64,000 bases of DNA, from the NCBI GenBank assembly GCA_951406725.2, contig OX597837.1, positions 24,800,001-24,864,000 on the forward strand. Direction: 5' to 3'. This DNA is from Octopus vulgaris (lineage: Eukaryota). Positions within the stretch are counted from its first letter, which is position 1; each line of letters starts with the position of its first letter. The notes under the pieces were generated by a model. That model saw nothing but the letters and a program-made list of their open reading frames with translations. It was not told the origin of the DNA and did not search any database. This document shows, piece after piece, positions 27,219-40,223 of this stretch. A program made the translations under genes and the position numbers.

Positions 27219-27949
27219 ACAAACATATATATATTTACACACACATTAGATATATGCATACATAATCATATATGTATATGCATACATATATTTCATTAGG
27301 ATTATAATTTCCAGTATTAAAAAGTGTCTCACACATCACTTCAAAGATTTTAGTTGGCACTTATGTATATGTTGTTTGTACAGAAGGCGTTCCTGGGAAA
27401 TTTTCTGATGTGACCACATCTTTAGACAACTATTACGACGGTGATGGGGTTGATGGTGGGGGTACGTTTTTGCTTCAGTGCATTAGGGAAACACCTGTCT
27501 GCCCTATGTTGTTGCTGTTGCTGATAGTGATGGTGATGGTGATGGTAGTAATTGTGCAACGGACCCAACTCAAGGAAAATACCCTCTCGTTTTCCTCTTT
27601 CACTCTAAATTCACACTCAGTCGTTACCTCTTACAACTCACAACAAAACTATAACACCATAAACTGCATCCCACCAACACGGGTTTTATTCATCTCTGCT
27701 GCATCCACCACCACCGCATCAATACTACTGCTGCTGCTGCTGCTGCTGTTACCATCATCATCAGTATCAGTGGCGCCCTCATTGCCACAGCATCTTTCAC
27801 CACCACCACCACCACCACTACGAACAACAACAACAACAACACCAACAACCTGTTTCCAGTTCATCTGAAAACTAGCTCCGATATTTGCTAGGTGATGCTT
27901 TCGCTGCCATTCAAGTTATTTCGACGAAACCAAAACGACTGAACAGCAG

Positions 27950-28370
27950 CAACAGCAACAACTGTGTTTTGTTCCTCTTATCGAAATCGTCCGGTAAATA
28001 TCAAAAGAAACTTCTCTCTTTTTATCGTCATCGCCATTTTCATCATTAACATTGTCATCGCTACCATCGTCATAATCATCGTCGTCGCCATCATCCTCAT
28101 CATCATCGTCGTTATTGTTATCAACATTTTTCACCGACCCTTCTTTTTTCACCGACCCTTCTTTGCCCTCTCCTTTCCATCATCATCATCATCATCATTA
28201 TCGTCGTCATCATCATCATCATCGTCATCATCATCGTCGACGTCGTCGTCGCCATCATCCTCATCATCATCATCGTCGTCGTCGTTATTGTTATCAACAT
28301 CGTCGTCTGCAATTTTCACCGACTTTTCTTTGCCCTCTCCTTCCCATCATCATCATCATCATCATCATCG

Positions 28371-28432
<62 letters not shown>

Positions 28433-28481
28433 GTCGTCGTCGTCTGCATTTTTCACCGACCCTTCTTTGCCTTCTCCTTCC

Positions 28482-28517
<36 letters not shown>

Positions 28518-28759
28518 ACATGTTATCATCCACTGTCTTATTTATTGTTCTTGTTACTCTTTTTCTTCTATTAAAAAAAATTCTTCTTCTTCTTCTTCTT
28601 CTTCTTCTTCTCCTTCTTCTCCTCCTCCTTCTTCACGGGCTTCACTCGTTCATTCATTCATTCACACATTTGTTTGTTCATTCAATTCTTAGAGCAAACC
28701 CAATCCGCCTAGCAACACACCATCATTATTATGATTATGATTATTATTATTATTATTGT

Positions 28760-28815
<56 letters not shown>

Positions 28816-29003
28816 TTATTATTATTGCTGCTACTGCTGCTACTGCTGCTCTTGCTGTTGTTCTTCTTGTTGCTGTTAATGATAATGATGCTTTAGCAAT
28901 TATTGTTATTACTGATAACAATGTTATTTCGTCTGCTCTTAACGATGCCGTTGGTAGCGGCGACAATGATAATGAGGACAACGCTGACCACGATCATAAT
29001 GAT

Positions 29004-29037
<34 letters not shown>

Positions 29038-29110
29038 TGTATTTGTCTGTGTGTGTGTGTGTATTGTTGTTGTTGTCGTTATTATTGTTATTGTTGTTGT
29101 TGTTGTCGTC
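27950..29110. repeat. Compound trinucleotide region (CAT/CGT, TCT, TAT, TAC, TGC)
   Basis: Direct reading; the poly-S/H/I/Y ORFs are repeat read-throughs. Confidence 0.9.
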
Positions 29111-29573
29111 GTCGCAGCCACTGGCCTGGACAATCGAATCGGGGGTTTCTCCCCGTTCTTTATAAATAAAGCTATGACAAGTATAAACAATTACAACTGA
29201 ACGATGAAAGATTTTCACTGAGACGTGTATTTTTGCCATTCATTGTTATACCCGCATATCACACACACACACACACACACGGAATCCCAAAGAGAAAAGG
29301 TGATTCCTAAATTCTCTGCGCTCCCCACCCCACCAAACTTCACCCCACATCATCTTTTCTGAAGACAAAACACCAAAACACCAATAGTTCTTCTCGGTTT
29401 TATTTACTAGCAGACATTAATGTGGCCACGGTTCTTCATTGAACAAATATTTCTCGAATGTTTCCACCTTTGGCCGATTTTCTCTCCTCTTTGTCTTCAG
29501 GTAATTTCTACATATTTAAAAAGGTTTTTACCTACGTGGGCGTACTCACCACACGGCTACAAACAACTCTCTT

Positions 29574-29607
<34 letters not shown>

Positions 29608-29694
29608 TATATATACACACACTCAAACACACATATATATATACACACACTCACACACACATATATATATATACACACACACACACACATATAT

Positions 29695-29745
<51 letters not shown>

Positions 29746-29867
29746 TATATACACACATATATACACACACACATACACATATATATATATATATATCGTC
29801 AATAAATCATAAATCCGAAAGAGAAGCACGCTAAGATAGAGAAGTAGAGTATTTAGATAAAGACAGT

Positions 29868-29899
<32 letters not shown>

Positions 29900-29919
29900 T
29901 GTATGTATGTATGTATACA

Positions 29920-30032
29920 GAGATGGATAGATAGAAAGGTAGATAGACAGATAGATAGATAGATAGATAGATAGGTAGATAGATGATAGATAGATAGATA
30001 GATAGGTAGGTAGGTAGATAGGTAGATAGATT

Positions 30033-30069
<37 letters not shown>

Positions 30070-30082
30070 GTAGATAGGTAGG

Positions 30083-30126
<44 letters not shown>

Positions 30127-30147
30127 GAGATAGACAGATAGATAGAT

Positions 30148-30184
<37 letters not shown>

Positions 30185-30215
30185 GTAGATAGATAGATAT
30201 ATAGACAGACAGACA
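29920..30215. repeat. (GATA)n/(GGTA)n microsatellite
   Basis: Direct reading. Confidence 0.95.
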
Positions 30216-30330
30216 TGTGAGCAAATAGGTGCAAAACATGCTAGGTATAACTGTACTCAAATACCAAAGCTCGAATAAAACAGTACTTTAGTGAAGCTAT
30301 ATTTTTTTCCTCCGTCTTCCTTTGTCTCTT

Positions 30331-30365
30331 GTTTCTGATGAAGAGCTTTGTTCGAAACGTAAAGC
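30331..30365 (+). ncRNA. Minimal hammerhead ribozyme motif in a TA-flanked repeat
   Basis: GUUU-CUGAUGA-A GAGC UUU GUUC-GAAAC GUA^AAGC; stem III reduced to the palindrome ACGU; decayed paralogs at 19661-19695 and 63377-63414. Confidence 0.6.
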
Positions 30366-30495
30366 TACTTTCATTTCCTTCCCTGAGCGTCTGCTAATAC
30401 CTCTTTGTATCGTCTATCTGGATGTTTTGTTGTCCCTTTTTGTATCACCTAGTTGTCCGGGTGTTTTGCGTTCTTGTCCCATTTTGTATTTTATA

Positions 30496-30547
<52 letters not shown>

Positions 30548-31543
30548 CACAGAGACAGATAAACGTATATTATATATATATATATATAACGGAGATGAAC
30601 TTGCATAGCGAGTGACTTGATCTGAGATCGTGTGCTGGAACGAAAACAATTGCAGCGTGGAAGGTGTTTATAAGCCATTTAAGAAACACACAAAACCGTT
30701 AGATTCACTTCAACATTTAAATTTAATTCGTCAAAATATTTTCGTCGCTTTGAGATCGCGACCTGTTCACTGTCAAAGCTTCGTGCTGCATCTGTATATA
30801 TATATATATATATACACACACGCAGACTGAGACAGATAGACAGATAAACGTATATATTAAATATATATATATATCCACACTTATACAACTCAATGACTTG
30901 TTTCTGTGTGTGCATTTATCTAAATTGTTTTCCCAACCCTTCTTCACAAGTTACCCTCAGCACTAAAATATTTGGACTCTTTCTACCCCCTTTCACCACC
31001 AAGGTCATCTCCTACATATTGAAAGCCATGGGGTTATGGTTGTAATTTAATTTTAAATGAATATCAATGCGTTTCGGTGTAAAAGAACATTTTTGTTTTA
31101 TTTTGTACTTGGTTTACAAGATTCTTAATGTGGATTCATGTCTTGAAACAAATCTTATTGTGTCTTAGGAGGGTCATAATGCCAATAATAAGAAACACAT
31201 GCACTGGTTCAATATCACTTCTTGATTGTTGGTAAATCAGTTAAACATCTAACCAACTAACTAATCAATCATTTGTTTGATGTATTTTTTAGACAATTAA
31301 TTGGTTGTTTGTCAAGTTCATTCGTCACTATTTATGACTTCATCAATGACATGCCTCCTGTCTTCAAGAAATTTAATTAACTGATTAACAATAAACAAGC
31401 GTTATTGAACCAGAGTGTGTGTTTATTATTACTGGCATAATGACCCTCTCAAGGCAGACCAACATTCTTATTATTGCAGATATTAAAGGAATAATTATGA
31501 TAGCACATATTCATATATTGATATGATTAAAATAAGAATAATT

Positions 31544-31964
31544 GGATCTTTTCAGCAGTTTCTAACATAATTTCTAGGTAACTAAAAATTTTAAACTTCA
31601 TATACTGGTAGAATGTGTTTATAAAACATCTTTTTCTCTTGGCTTTATTGAGAAAATTCTATAGTTTGTGAGATATTTCTTGTTTTTTTCTTCAATTTCT
31701 GCAATTTCAACCAATCAATGACGTCTATTGAGGTAAAAAAAACTTTCTGTGCCGTATGAATATGTCCCTCCTTTAAGAAACAGATTGGGTTTATTTACAT
31801 TTGTGAAGAAAAAAAAGATACTCTTCCCCCCACCCCTAACCCTAACCCTAACCCTAACCCTAAAACAGATTGAAATGCAATAGATCGATACTAGGGTCAT
31901 ATTTATGGGTGACAATTTCATATGACACCACTAGAAAAAACCGCCGTTCAAACCGAAAAGATCC
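31544..31964. mobile_element. Merlin-like MITE containing (CCCTAA)5
   Basis: Termini GGATCTTTTC/GAAAAGATCC; 8-bp TSD GAATAATT at 31536-31543 and 31965-31972; telomeric repeat at 31834-31863. Confidence 0.8.
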
Positions 31965-34900
31965 GAATAATTAAAATTGCAGACATTGTTTATTTATATC
32001 ATTCCTGTGGCTGGTGATCAGCAGCAAATTCTGCAAGATTTGGTTCTAAATTTGGTAAAAGCCATAAATCTCTAGACTTCCATTCAGTTTCTATTTTTGG
32101 TCAAAATTTGATTTACTTCACTAAAATTTTCTTTCCTCCAGATTAAGTAGGAAAAGCAATAGAAAATAACAATCCACAAATATACAACATTTTAGACTAC
32201 AACCACATTTTTTACACACTTTGATTTATAAAAATCCTCATTATTTCTTCATCATTTTGTAAATCAAAGATGGACTCTCATGTAAATTGATTTGTTATGC
32301 TATTTTGTACAGAAATGGAGGATTTTTTACTCAGTTAGGAATCATCAGTCAAACCAATTCATTAAATTCTGTATCAAAATCTTTCTTCAGTTGTGATAAA
32401 TGTCCACAGCAGGTCCTCAATTTATCATCAGTGAATTATTAGGGTTTTTATAAATGGAAGCTAACAGAACTCCCTTCTGCCAGGGTTTCACTTAATTTAA
32501 TTTTATTGATAAAAATTCTCAACTGCATTCTTTTTAAGTGTCATCATCATCATCATCATCGTTTAGCGTCCGCTTTCCATGCTAGCATGGGTTGGACGGT
32601 TCAACTGGGGTCTGGGAAGCCAGAAGGCTGCACCAGGCCCAGTCTGATCTGGCAATGTTTCTATGGCTGGATGCCCTTTCTGATGCCAACCACTCCATGA
32701 GTGTGGTGGGTGCTTTTTACGTGCCACCCGCACAGGTCGAAGACGGAGCTGGGATATATATATATATCATCATCATCATCATCATCATCGTTTAGCGTCC
32801 GCTTTCCATGCTAGCATGGGTTGGACGGTGCAACTGGGGTCTGAGTAGCCAGAAGGCTGCACCAGGCCCAGTCTGATCTGGCAATGTTTCTGTGGCTGGA
32901 TGCCCTTCCTAACGCCAACCACTCCATGAGTGTAGTGGGTGCTTTTTACATGCCACCGGCACAGGTGCCAGGAGAGGATGGCAACGGCCACGATTGGATG
33001 GTGGTTTTTACGTGCCACCGGCATGGAGGCCAGGCGAGGCTGGCAACGGCCACGTTTGGATGGTTCTCTTATGTGCCACCGGCACTGGTATCACAGCTAC
33101 TTAGATTAAAATTATTTCTTTGCATTAACAAATTCAGGTTGCTTATCTTGTCGTGAATATCAGCTAAGTAAACCCCATTTCTACAAAGTCAGTATCACAT
33201 TTTTTTAATTGCTCATAATGATATATAATTAAAACTTTCATGATGTTGTTGTAAAGTTGGAAAAGGCTTTTCAAACAAGATCCTTTTAACAGCCATGAGG
33301 CCTATCACCAGACCTTAGTGCCTAATGATGCTTCAGAATATTCACGCTGAGAGTTGCTGAAGCATGGAACAAACTGCCGGCATCAGTTGTTAGTTGTCAG
33401 AGCACTGTATCCTTCAAAACTTCCATGCTTTCTGAGATTCGCCAACACTACACCTGATTTTCTCTCCTCCATACACACACAAGCATGTATCTGACTCATA
33501 CATTGTTCGCTTTCCAGACATTTGTACATTACTGCATGTACTTTATACGCACTTTTTGACAAGTTGTGGTGCACCTGAGCACTGTATACAATAATTTCAT
33601 TATTATTATTCTGGGTGGGCACTAATTTGTAATAATGTTAAAGTGGTAGTTTTGAAATTAGCGTATCACTGTAAATCTGAGGGTGCACCACTGAAAAGCG
33701 AGGGCGCAGTGCCACTGAGTGCACCGCCTTAGCGACAGGCATGACAGACATTGAGCTTCAATGTGGAGAAAAAATCACTTGTTAAGGCTAGGCTATCTCT
33801 TCAGATATTCTATAGAATTATAACCAGCAATGATTTCTATAGAACATCAGCAGGAGTGGCTGTGTGGTAAGTAGCTTGCTTACCAACCTCATGGTTCTGG
33901 GTTCAGTCCCACTGCGTGGCACCTTGGGCAACTGTCTTCTATTATAGCCTCGGGCCGACCAAAGTCTTGTGAGTGGATTTCGTAGACGGAAACTGAAAGA
34001 AGCCCGTCGCATATATGTATATATATATATGTATGTGTGTGTGTACATGTTTGTATGTCTGTGTTTGTTCCCTCAATATCGCTTGACAACTGATGCTGGT
34101 GTGTTTATGTCCCCGTAACTTAGCAGTTCGGCATAAGAGACTGATAGAATAAGTACTAGGCTTACAAAGAATAAGTCCTGGGGTCGATTTGCTCAACTAA
34201 AGGCGGTGCTCCAGCATGGCCACAGTCACATGACTGAAGCAAGTAAAAGAGAAAAAGAGTTGAGAACCTTAACAAGTGATGTAAAACACACTGCTAACAC
34301 AGTTGAACATGGTATTAACTTATAAAAACATTTAAAATACTGTATAGTATATTATGGTTGCATAACGAAATACTATATCCCCACAAGTCATTAATGGAGA
34401 AATAATGTTTCCAAATTTTCATCATTTTTATTCATATAATTGCACCATCCGATCGTGGCTGTTGCCAGCCTTGCCTGGCACCTGTGCCGGTGGCATGTAA
34501 AAAGCACCCACTACACTCACGAAGTGGTTGGCGTTAGGAAGGGCATCCAGCTGTAGAAACACTGCCAGATCAGACTGGAGCCTGGTGTAGCCTTCTGGCT
34601 TCCCAGACCCCGGTTGAACCGTCCAACCCATGCTAGCATGGAATGCGGACGTTAAACGATGATGATGATGATAATTGATGAAAGGCAGCCTAGTGTTTAA
34701 GGCCCAGTCTTCAGTTTTGTCTACTATAAATATTACTAAAGCCAGTCCTGAATACAGTTACTCATCACACCACTACTGATTCTTTTGTCTCCATGTTCTC
34801 TTCTATACACCTCATGACACATGGCACTTTGAGGCTGTGTTCTGGCTCCTCATCCCCATAACATTTACCTCTTTTTCTGGCACTACTCTAGTCACCCTGC

Positions 34901-35249
34901 ACACTTGTAAAATGTGAAAGAGACATGAGTCTCTTCCACATCAAATTTATCTTCCTCCTTCCATACATTAACCTCTCAACACATTTTGATAAAGCGATGA
35001 TTATATCACCTACTTTCCATCTCAGACCAGGAGGGAGTGACAAGGTGACCCTACTAGTGCCGGTGCAATTAAATCAAAAGCACCCAGAGGATTCTGTAGA
35101 GTGATTGGTGTTATGAAGGACATCCAGCCATAGAAACCATGCTAAAACTGAGACACTGGGGAGCGAGAAGATGTGGTCCTTCGACTTGTTGGATCCTGTT
35201 TAACTATTCAACCAAAGCCAACATGGGAAGATGACAAAAAAAACGGCCA

Positions 35250-35737
35250 ATGACGATGAAGATGATGATGATGATGAGGAGGAGGAGGAGGAGGAGGAGG
35301 AGGTGGAAGAAGAAGATGATGATGATGATGCTGATGATGATGATGCTGATGATGATGATGATGAGGAGGAGGAGGAGGAAGATGAGGAGGAAGATGAGGA
35401 GGAGGCGGAAGAAGAAGATGATGACGATAATGATGATGATGACAATGATAACAAGGATGACGACAACAATGACAGCAACAATGATGGGGAAGATGACAAT
35501 GATGATGACAACGATGATGATGATGATGATGATGACAACGATGACGATGATGATGATGATGACAACGATGATGATGATGATGATGATGACAATGATAACA
35601 AGGATGACGACAAAAATGACAGCAACAATGATGGGGAAGATGACAATGATGATGACAACGATGATGATGATGATGATGATGACAACGATGACGATGATGA
35701 TGATGATGACAACGATGATGATGATGATGATGATGAC

Positions 35738-35769
<32 letters not shown>

Positions 35770-35830
35770 CGACGACGATGACAATGATGATGATGATGAT
35801 GATGATGATAACTGCTATGACGATAACAGC
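35250..35830 (+). repeat. (GAT/GAC/GAG)n compound repeat with an internal 147-bp duplication
   Basis: Directly follows a family C-like SINE 3' end; block GACAATGATAACAAGGATGACGAC..GATGGGGAAGAT at 35441 and 35588. Confidence 0.9.
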
Positions 35831-36129
35831 ATAGGAAAATATAAGGCAGATGAATCAAATGTAATAGAAAGATATAAAGCATATACAACAACAAAAAATT
35901 AGAATGGTATAATAATGATATTAGGCTGGTAGATACAATGTATTAGAAACAAAATATGGGGTAGTTATACCAACTGTATATTACAAATGTCTGAGACAGA
36001 TCGACAGAATATATAAGAAAAATATGATAGAGATAGTCTGAATATTTTAGAAATACATAAGGTAGATAATGCAGAAGTCTTGCAAAAGTACAAATAAGAT
36101 GAGATATATTAGAAAAGAAATCAGAGGAT

Positions 36130-37200
36130 TTTACTAAGAGCAACATCTCCCTAAGGACCAATATCTGTCTTTTCTGCACACTGGTTTTGTCTGTCCTCCT
36201 CTACAGCACTGAGACCTGGACCATCCTCTAACAGAATCTGAACAAACTCGAGGTGTTCCAAAATATAGTGTCTATGTCAAATCGATCAACATCAATGGAA
36301 ATTGTGGCTGTGATACCAGTGCCGATGGAACGTAAGAGAACCATCCGAACATGGTCGTTGCCAGCCTCGCCCTAACTGGCCTCCATGCCGGTGGCACGTA
36401 AAATGCACCATCCGATTGTGGCCATTGCCAGCCTCGTCTGGCACCTGTGCAGGTGGCATGTAAAAAGCACCCACTACACTCATGGAGTGGTTGGCGTTAG
36501 GAAGGGCATCCAGCCGTAGAAACACTGCCAGATCAGACTGGGCCTGGCACAGCCTTCTGGCTTCCCAGACCCCAGTTGAACCGTCCAACCCATGCTAGCA
36601 TGGAAAACGGACGTTAAACGATGATGATGATGATGATGTCAGGTCCTTGGTGTCTCTCTATGCAACTGAATTTCAAACAACAATATCTGAGAACGATGCC
36701 AACTGCAGCCAACCACTGAAGACCAAGTCCAGTAGTGCAGGCCACAGTGGTTTGACTAGGTCTGCAGGGTGAGCACTAGAAGACTATCACAGACAGCTTT
36801 TGTGGTGGAAGTGACCCATGCACTGGAGAATCCAGCATCAAAGAAGACATGGGCAAAGCAAATTTAGGAAGACCTGAAGTTGGAGCATCTTGACCTCAAG
36901 CATGCTAAGGCCAATACCTATTTCTTTACTACCCACAAGGGGCTAAACACAGAGAGGACAAACAAGGACAGACAAACAGATTAAGTCGATTATATCGACC
37001 CCAGGGCTTAACTGGTACTTATTTAATCAACCCCGAAAGGATGAAAGGCAAAGTCGACCTCGGCGGAATTTGAACTCAGAACGCAGCGCCAGACGAAATA
37101 CTGCTAAGCATTTTGCCCAATGGATCTGAAAGCATGGAATAACATCATTACCAGAGTCCTTCATCCGGCAGCACACAGCGCTGTATATTGGTTGAGAGGA
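36130..37200 (+). mobile_element. Decayed RTE LINE 3' region with nested SINE C and SINE B
   Basis: LVLSVLLYSTETWT..LNKLEVF; continues after the SINE C (TSD atgtca). Confidence 0.65.
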
Positions 37201-39144
37201 CAACCTCCTCCTCCAATCACTAGCTAGGGATTTTACTTACTTGTTTTACTAAGAGCAAACGTTATCTTTTTTATCCAGTCTAATCACAGAAGGAAGGATG
37301 ATACCCTTTATCAAGTCCTGCAAAACTGGAGAGAGAAAGTTAAGCTCAAACTGGAGTCTTTATTTTTTGCCCAATCTAATCAAAGGAGGAACAGTGACAC
37401 CTTTTATCAGGTCCCACAAGACTGGGGAGAGAAAGGGAGAAAGTTAAGCTCAAACTGGAAACTTAACCCAAGCAATCACTGGATCACCTGCTCTCCTTCT
37501 CAAGCCAAGAGGGAGTGACAAGGTAACCTCACTAATGTTGGCGCAATTAACCTGAATACTTGCAACAGAGAGGACTCTGCTAAAAACAGCAGCCAAAGAC
37601 CAGATGACGGGGTTAAACTAGGGGACAGGTTAAGACTATCATCATCCAACAAGAGGAACATCCCTTTCAATAGGCTTCCATACAGTTTCCATTATGCGAA
37701 TCTTGCTCAGAAGGTTTTTGGATGACCTTTGACTATGATAGAAGACATTTGTCCAAGGTGCTGAAAATACATGCACACAGATGCACACATATGCACACAT
37801 ACACATACACAAGTATGCACACACTCACATGCACATACACACATGTACACACACATATGCTTATGCATGCATGCACACATTCACACACACATGCTCACAC
37901 ACTCATGCACACAAAAAACACACGCGCACACACACACATGCACACACCATGCGGAGACAGGATGCCGAATGCACTTTTGCCGAAGGACAAGAAGCCAAAG
38001 CCAAGAAGCCAAATGGACAGATTGCTGAATGGACATAAAGCCAAATGGATACATAATCATCATCATTATCATCATCGTCTGTTTTCCATGCTAGCATGGG
38101 TTGGACGGTTCAACTGGGGTCTGGGAAGCCAGAAGGCTGCACCAGGCCCAGTCTGATCTGGCAATGTTTCTACAGTTGGATGCCCTTCCTAATGCCAACC
38201 ACTCCGTGAGTGTATTGGGTGCTTTTTACGTGCCACCTGCACAGGTGCCAGGGGAGGCTGGCAAACGGCCACGATCAGATGGCGCATTTTACATGTCACC
38301 GGCACGGAGGCCAGTCGGGGCACAATAATAAAAAAAAAACATTTTTACCCACATATTTTAATGATCAATTCATCAATTTGGTACTTAAGATTTAATGAGA
38401 TTAAATCTTAAATTTTGTACGTCTTTTCGGCATTTTGTCCGTTTGACTTTATGTCCGTTCAGCATTGTGGCCATTTGGTTTCTTAGCTTTGGCTTCTTGT
38501 CCTTTGGCAAAAGTGCATTAGGCATCCTGTCTGTATACCACACACACACAAACACACACATATGCACACACACACACACACATGTACAAAAACACATGCA
38601 TACACACAAATACAAATACATATACAAATACTTATACACACACTCAAGCACATATTTTGCAGTGTCTTCAATCAGAGCATCTAATTTCACATGACTTCCT
38701 TCAGCGAATGTTATCTCTGCCTTCTCAAGAGAAGTTTAAGCCTTTAACATTTAAACTGTTCATATCTGGCCCCAAAATTCTTCCTGTTTTATGTTCAAAC
38801 TAACCAGATCTGACATCTTACACCTACCCTACAATGTCATTCCTTAAGTTAGAATCACATCATTGAAATCTCAAAGCTACAAGATAATGCGTGTGTAATT
38901 CATAATAATGGTTTCAAATTTTGCCACAAGGCCAGCAATTTTGGGTGAGGGGACTAGTTGATTACATCAATCCCAGTGTTCAACTGGTACTTATTTTATC
39001 GACCCTGAAAGGATGAAAGGCAAAGTTGACTTCAGCAGAATTTGAACTCATAACGTAGTGAGTGACAGGTGAAATACCTCTAAGCATTTCATCCAATGCA
39101 CTAATGATTCTGCCAATTCTTGTGCCATCTTGTATAGTTCATAA

Positions 39145-39487
39145 TAATGGGAATATATAAGCCTTACACTTAATGGAGTAACCTCTCGAAAGAGCTGTTC
39201 TTCACTCCTGCTCCAGATCGTTGGCTGCAGGGTCACTCTGAAAAGCTCTATCTGCGACGATTTCATCTCAGTTGAAGGAGAGGGGCTTTCTCCGTCCGGG
39301 TTGCAGATCCGTGGAATAAGCTGCCGGACGAGATAGTGAAGATACCGACGACCGCTCGGTTCAAAGCCTCTCTTGACCAGAAATGGCCTGAACTCTTTGC
39401 ATGAACACCCTCCCTGTACATAACTCCATGTCCCCCTACATGGCCTTGCTTTTGCTTTTTGAGCCAAAAAATTAACTTAACTTAACT
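39145..39487 (+). mobile_element. CR1-clade LINE 3' end (second family, (AACTT)n tail)
   Basis: + strand LFFTPAPDRWLQGHSEKLYLRRF..RRGAFSVRVADPWNKLPDEIV..ARFKASLDQKW. Confidence 0.85.
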
Positions 39488-40165
39488 AAACTAGATGTTA
39501 AAGGGTTAATCTCTCATCCCTGCTTAATAAGGAGATAAGCTGCAGCAACATGTGCCCCTGTAATTGTTGTTGTTGCTGCTGCTGGTTAGCACCATGTCAG
39601 CTCTGTTTGAGCAGACCTATTATCAAAGGTATTCCACCTATGAGCATTTCTACTTTCATAGACATAGTTTATCTAAGATTACACTAACCCAGGGTCTCCT
39701 TCATTTTTAAGATGGTAAGTTGTGAATTAAGGAAAATTTGACTGCTATTTTTAGCAGATTGAGCACAGCTCCTGCTATTCTCATAAAATCAGGATTTCTT
39801 GAATTGGAACTGGTTAAGGTTTTCGTAAGATGTGAAGAATGGGTCTGCTTTCAACCCTTTATCATGCACATTAATCCATCAAATGTAATGCTTATTTATC
39901 CACATTGACTGGCTTCCGTGCCGGTGGCACGTAAAAAACACCAACTGAGCTTGGCTGTTGCCAGCCTCACCTGGCCCCTGTGCTGGTGGCACATAAAAAG
40001 CACCCACTACTCTCACAGAGTGGTTGGCATTAGGAAGGGCATCCAGCTGTAGAAACATTGCCAGATCAGACTGGAGCCTGGTGCAGCCTCTTGGGTTCCC
40101 AGACCCCAGTCGAACCGTCCAACCCGTGCTAGCATGGAAAACAGACATTAAACGATAACGACGAC

Positions 40166-40223
<58 letters not shown>

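Noticed and set aside
27410-28879. His/Ser/Gln-rich transcription-factor exon
   Set aside because: No recognisable domain in any frame; the ORFs are explained by trinucleotide repeats.
31834-31863. Chromosome end or fusion scar
   Set aside because: Only five units, enclosed in a TSD-flanked MITE.
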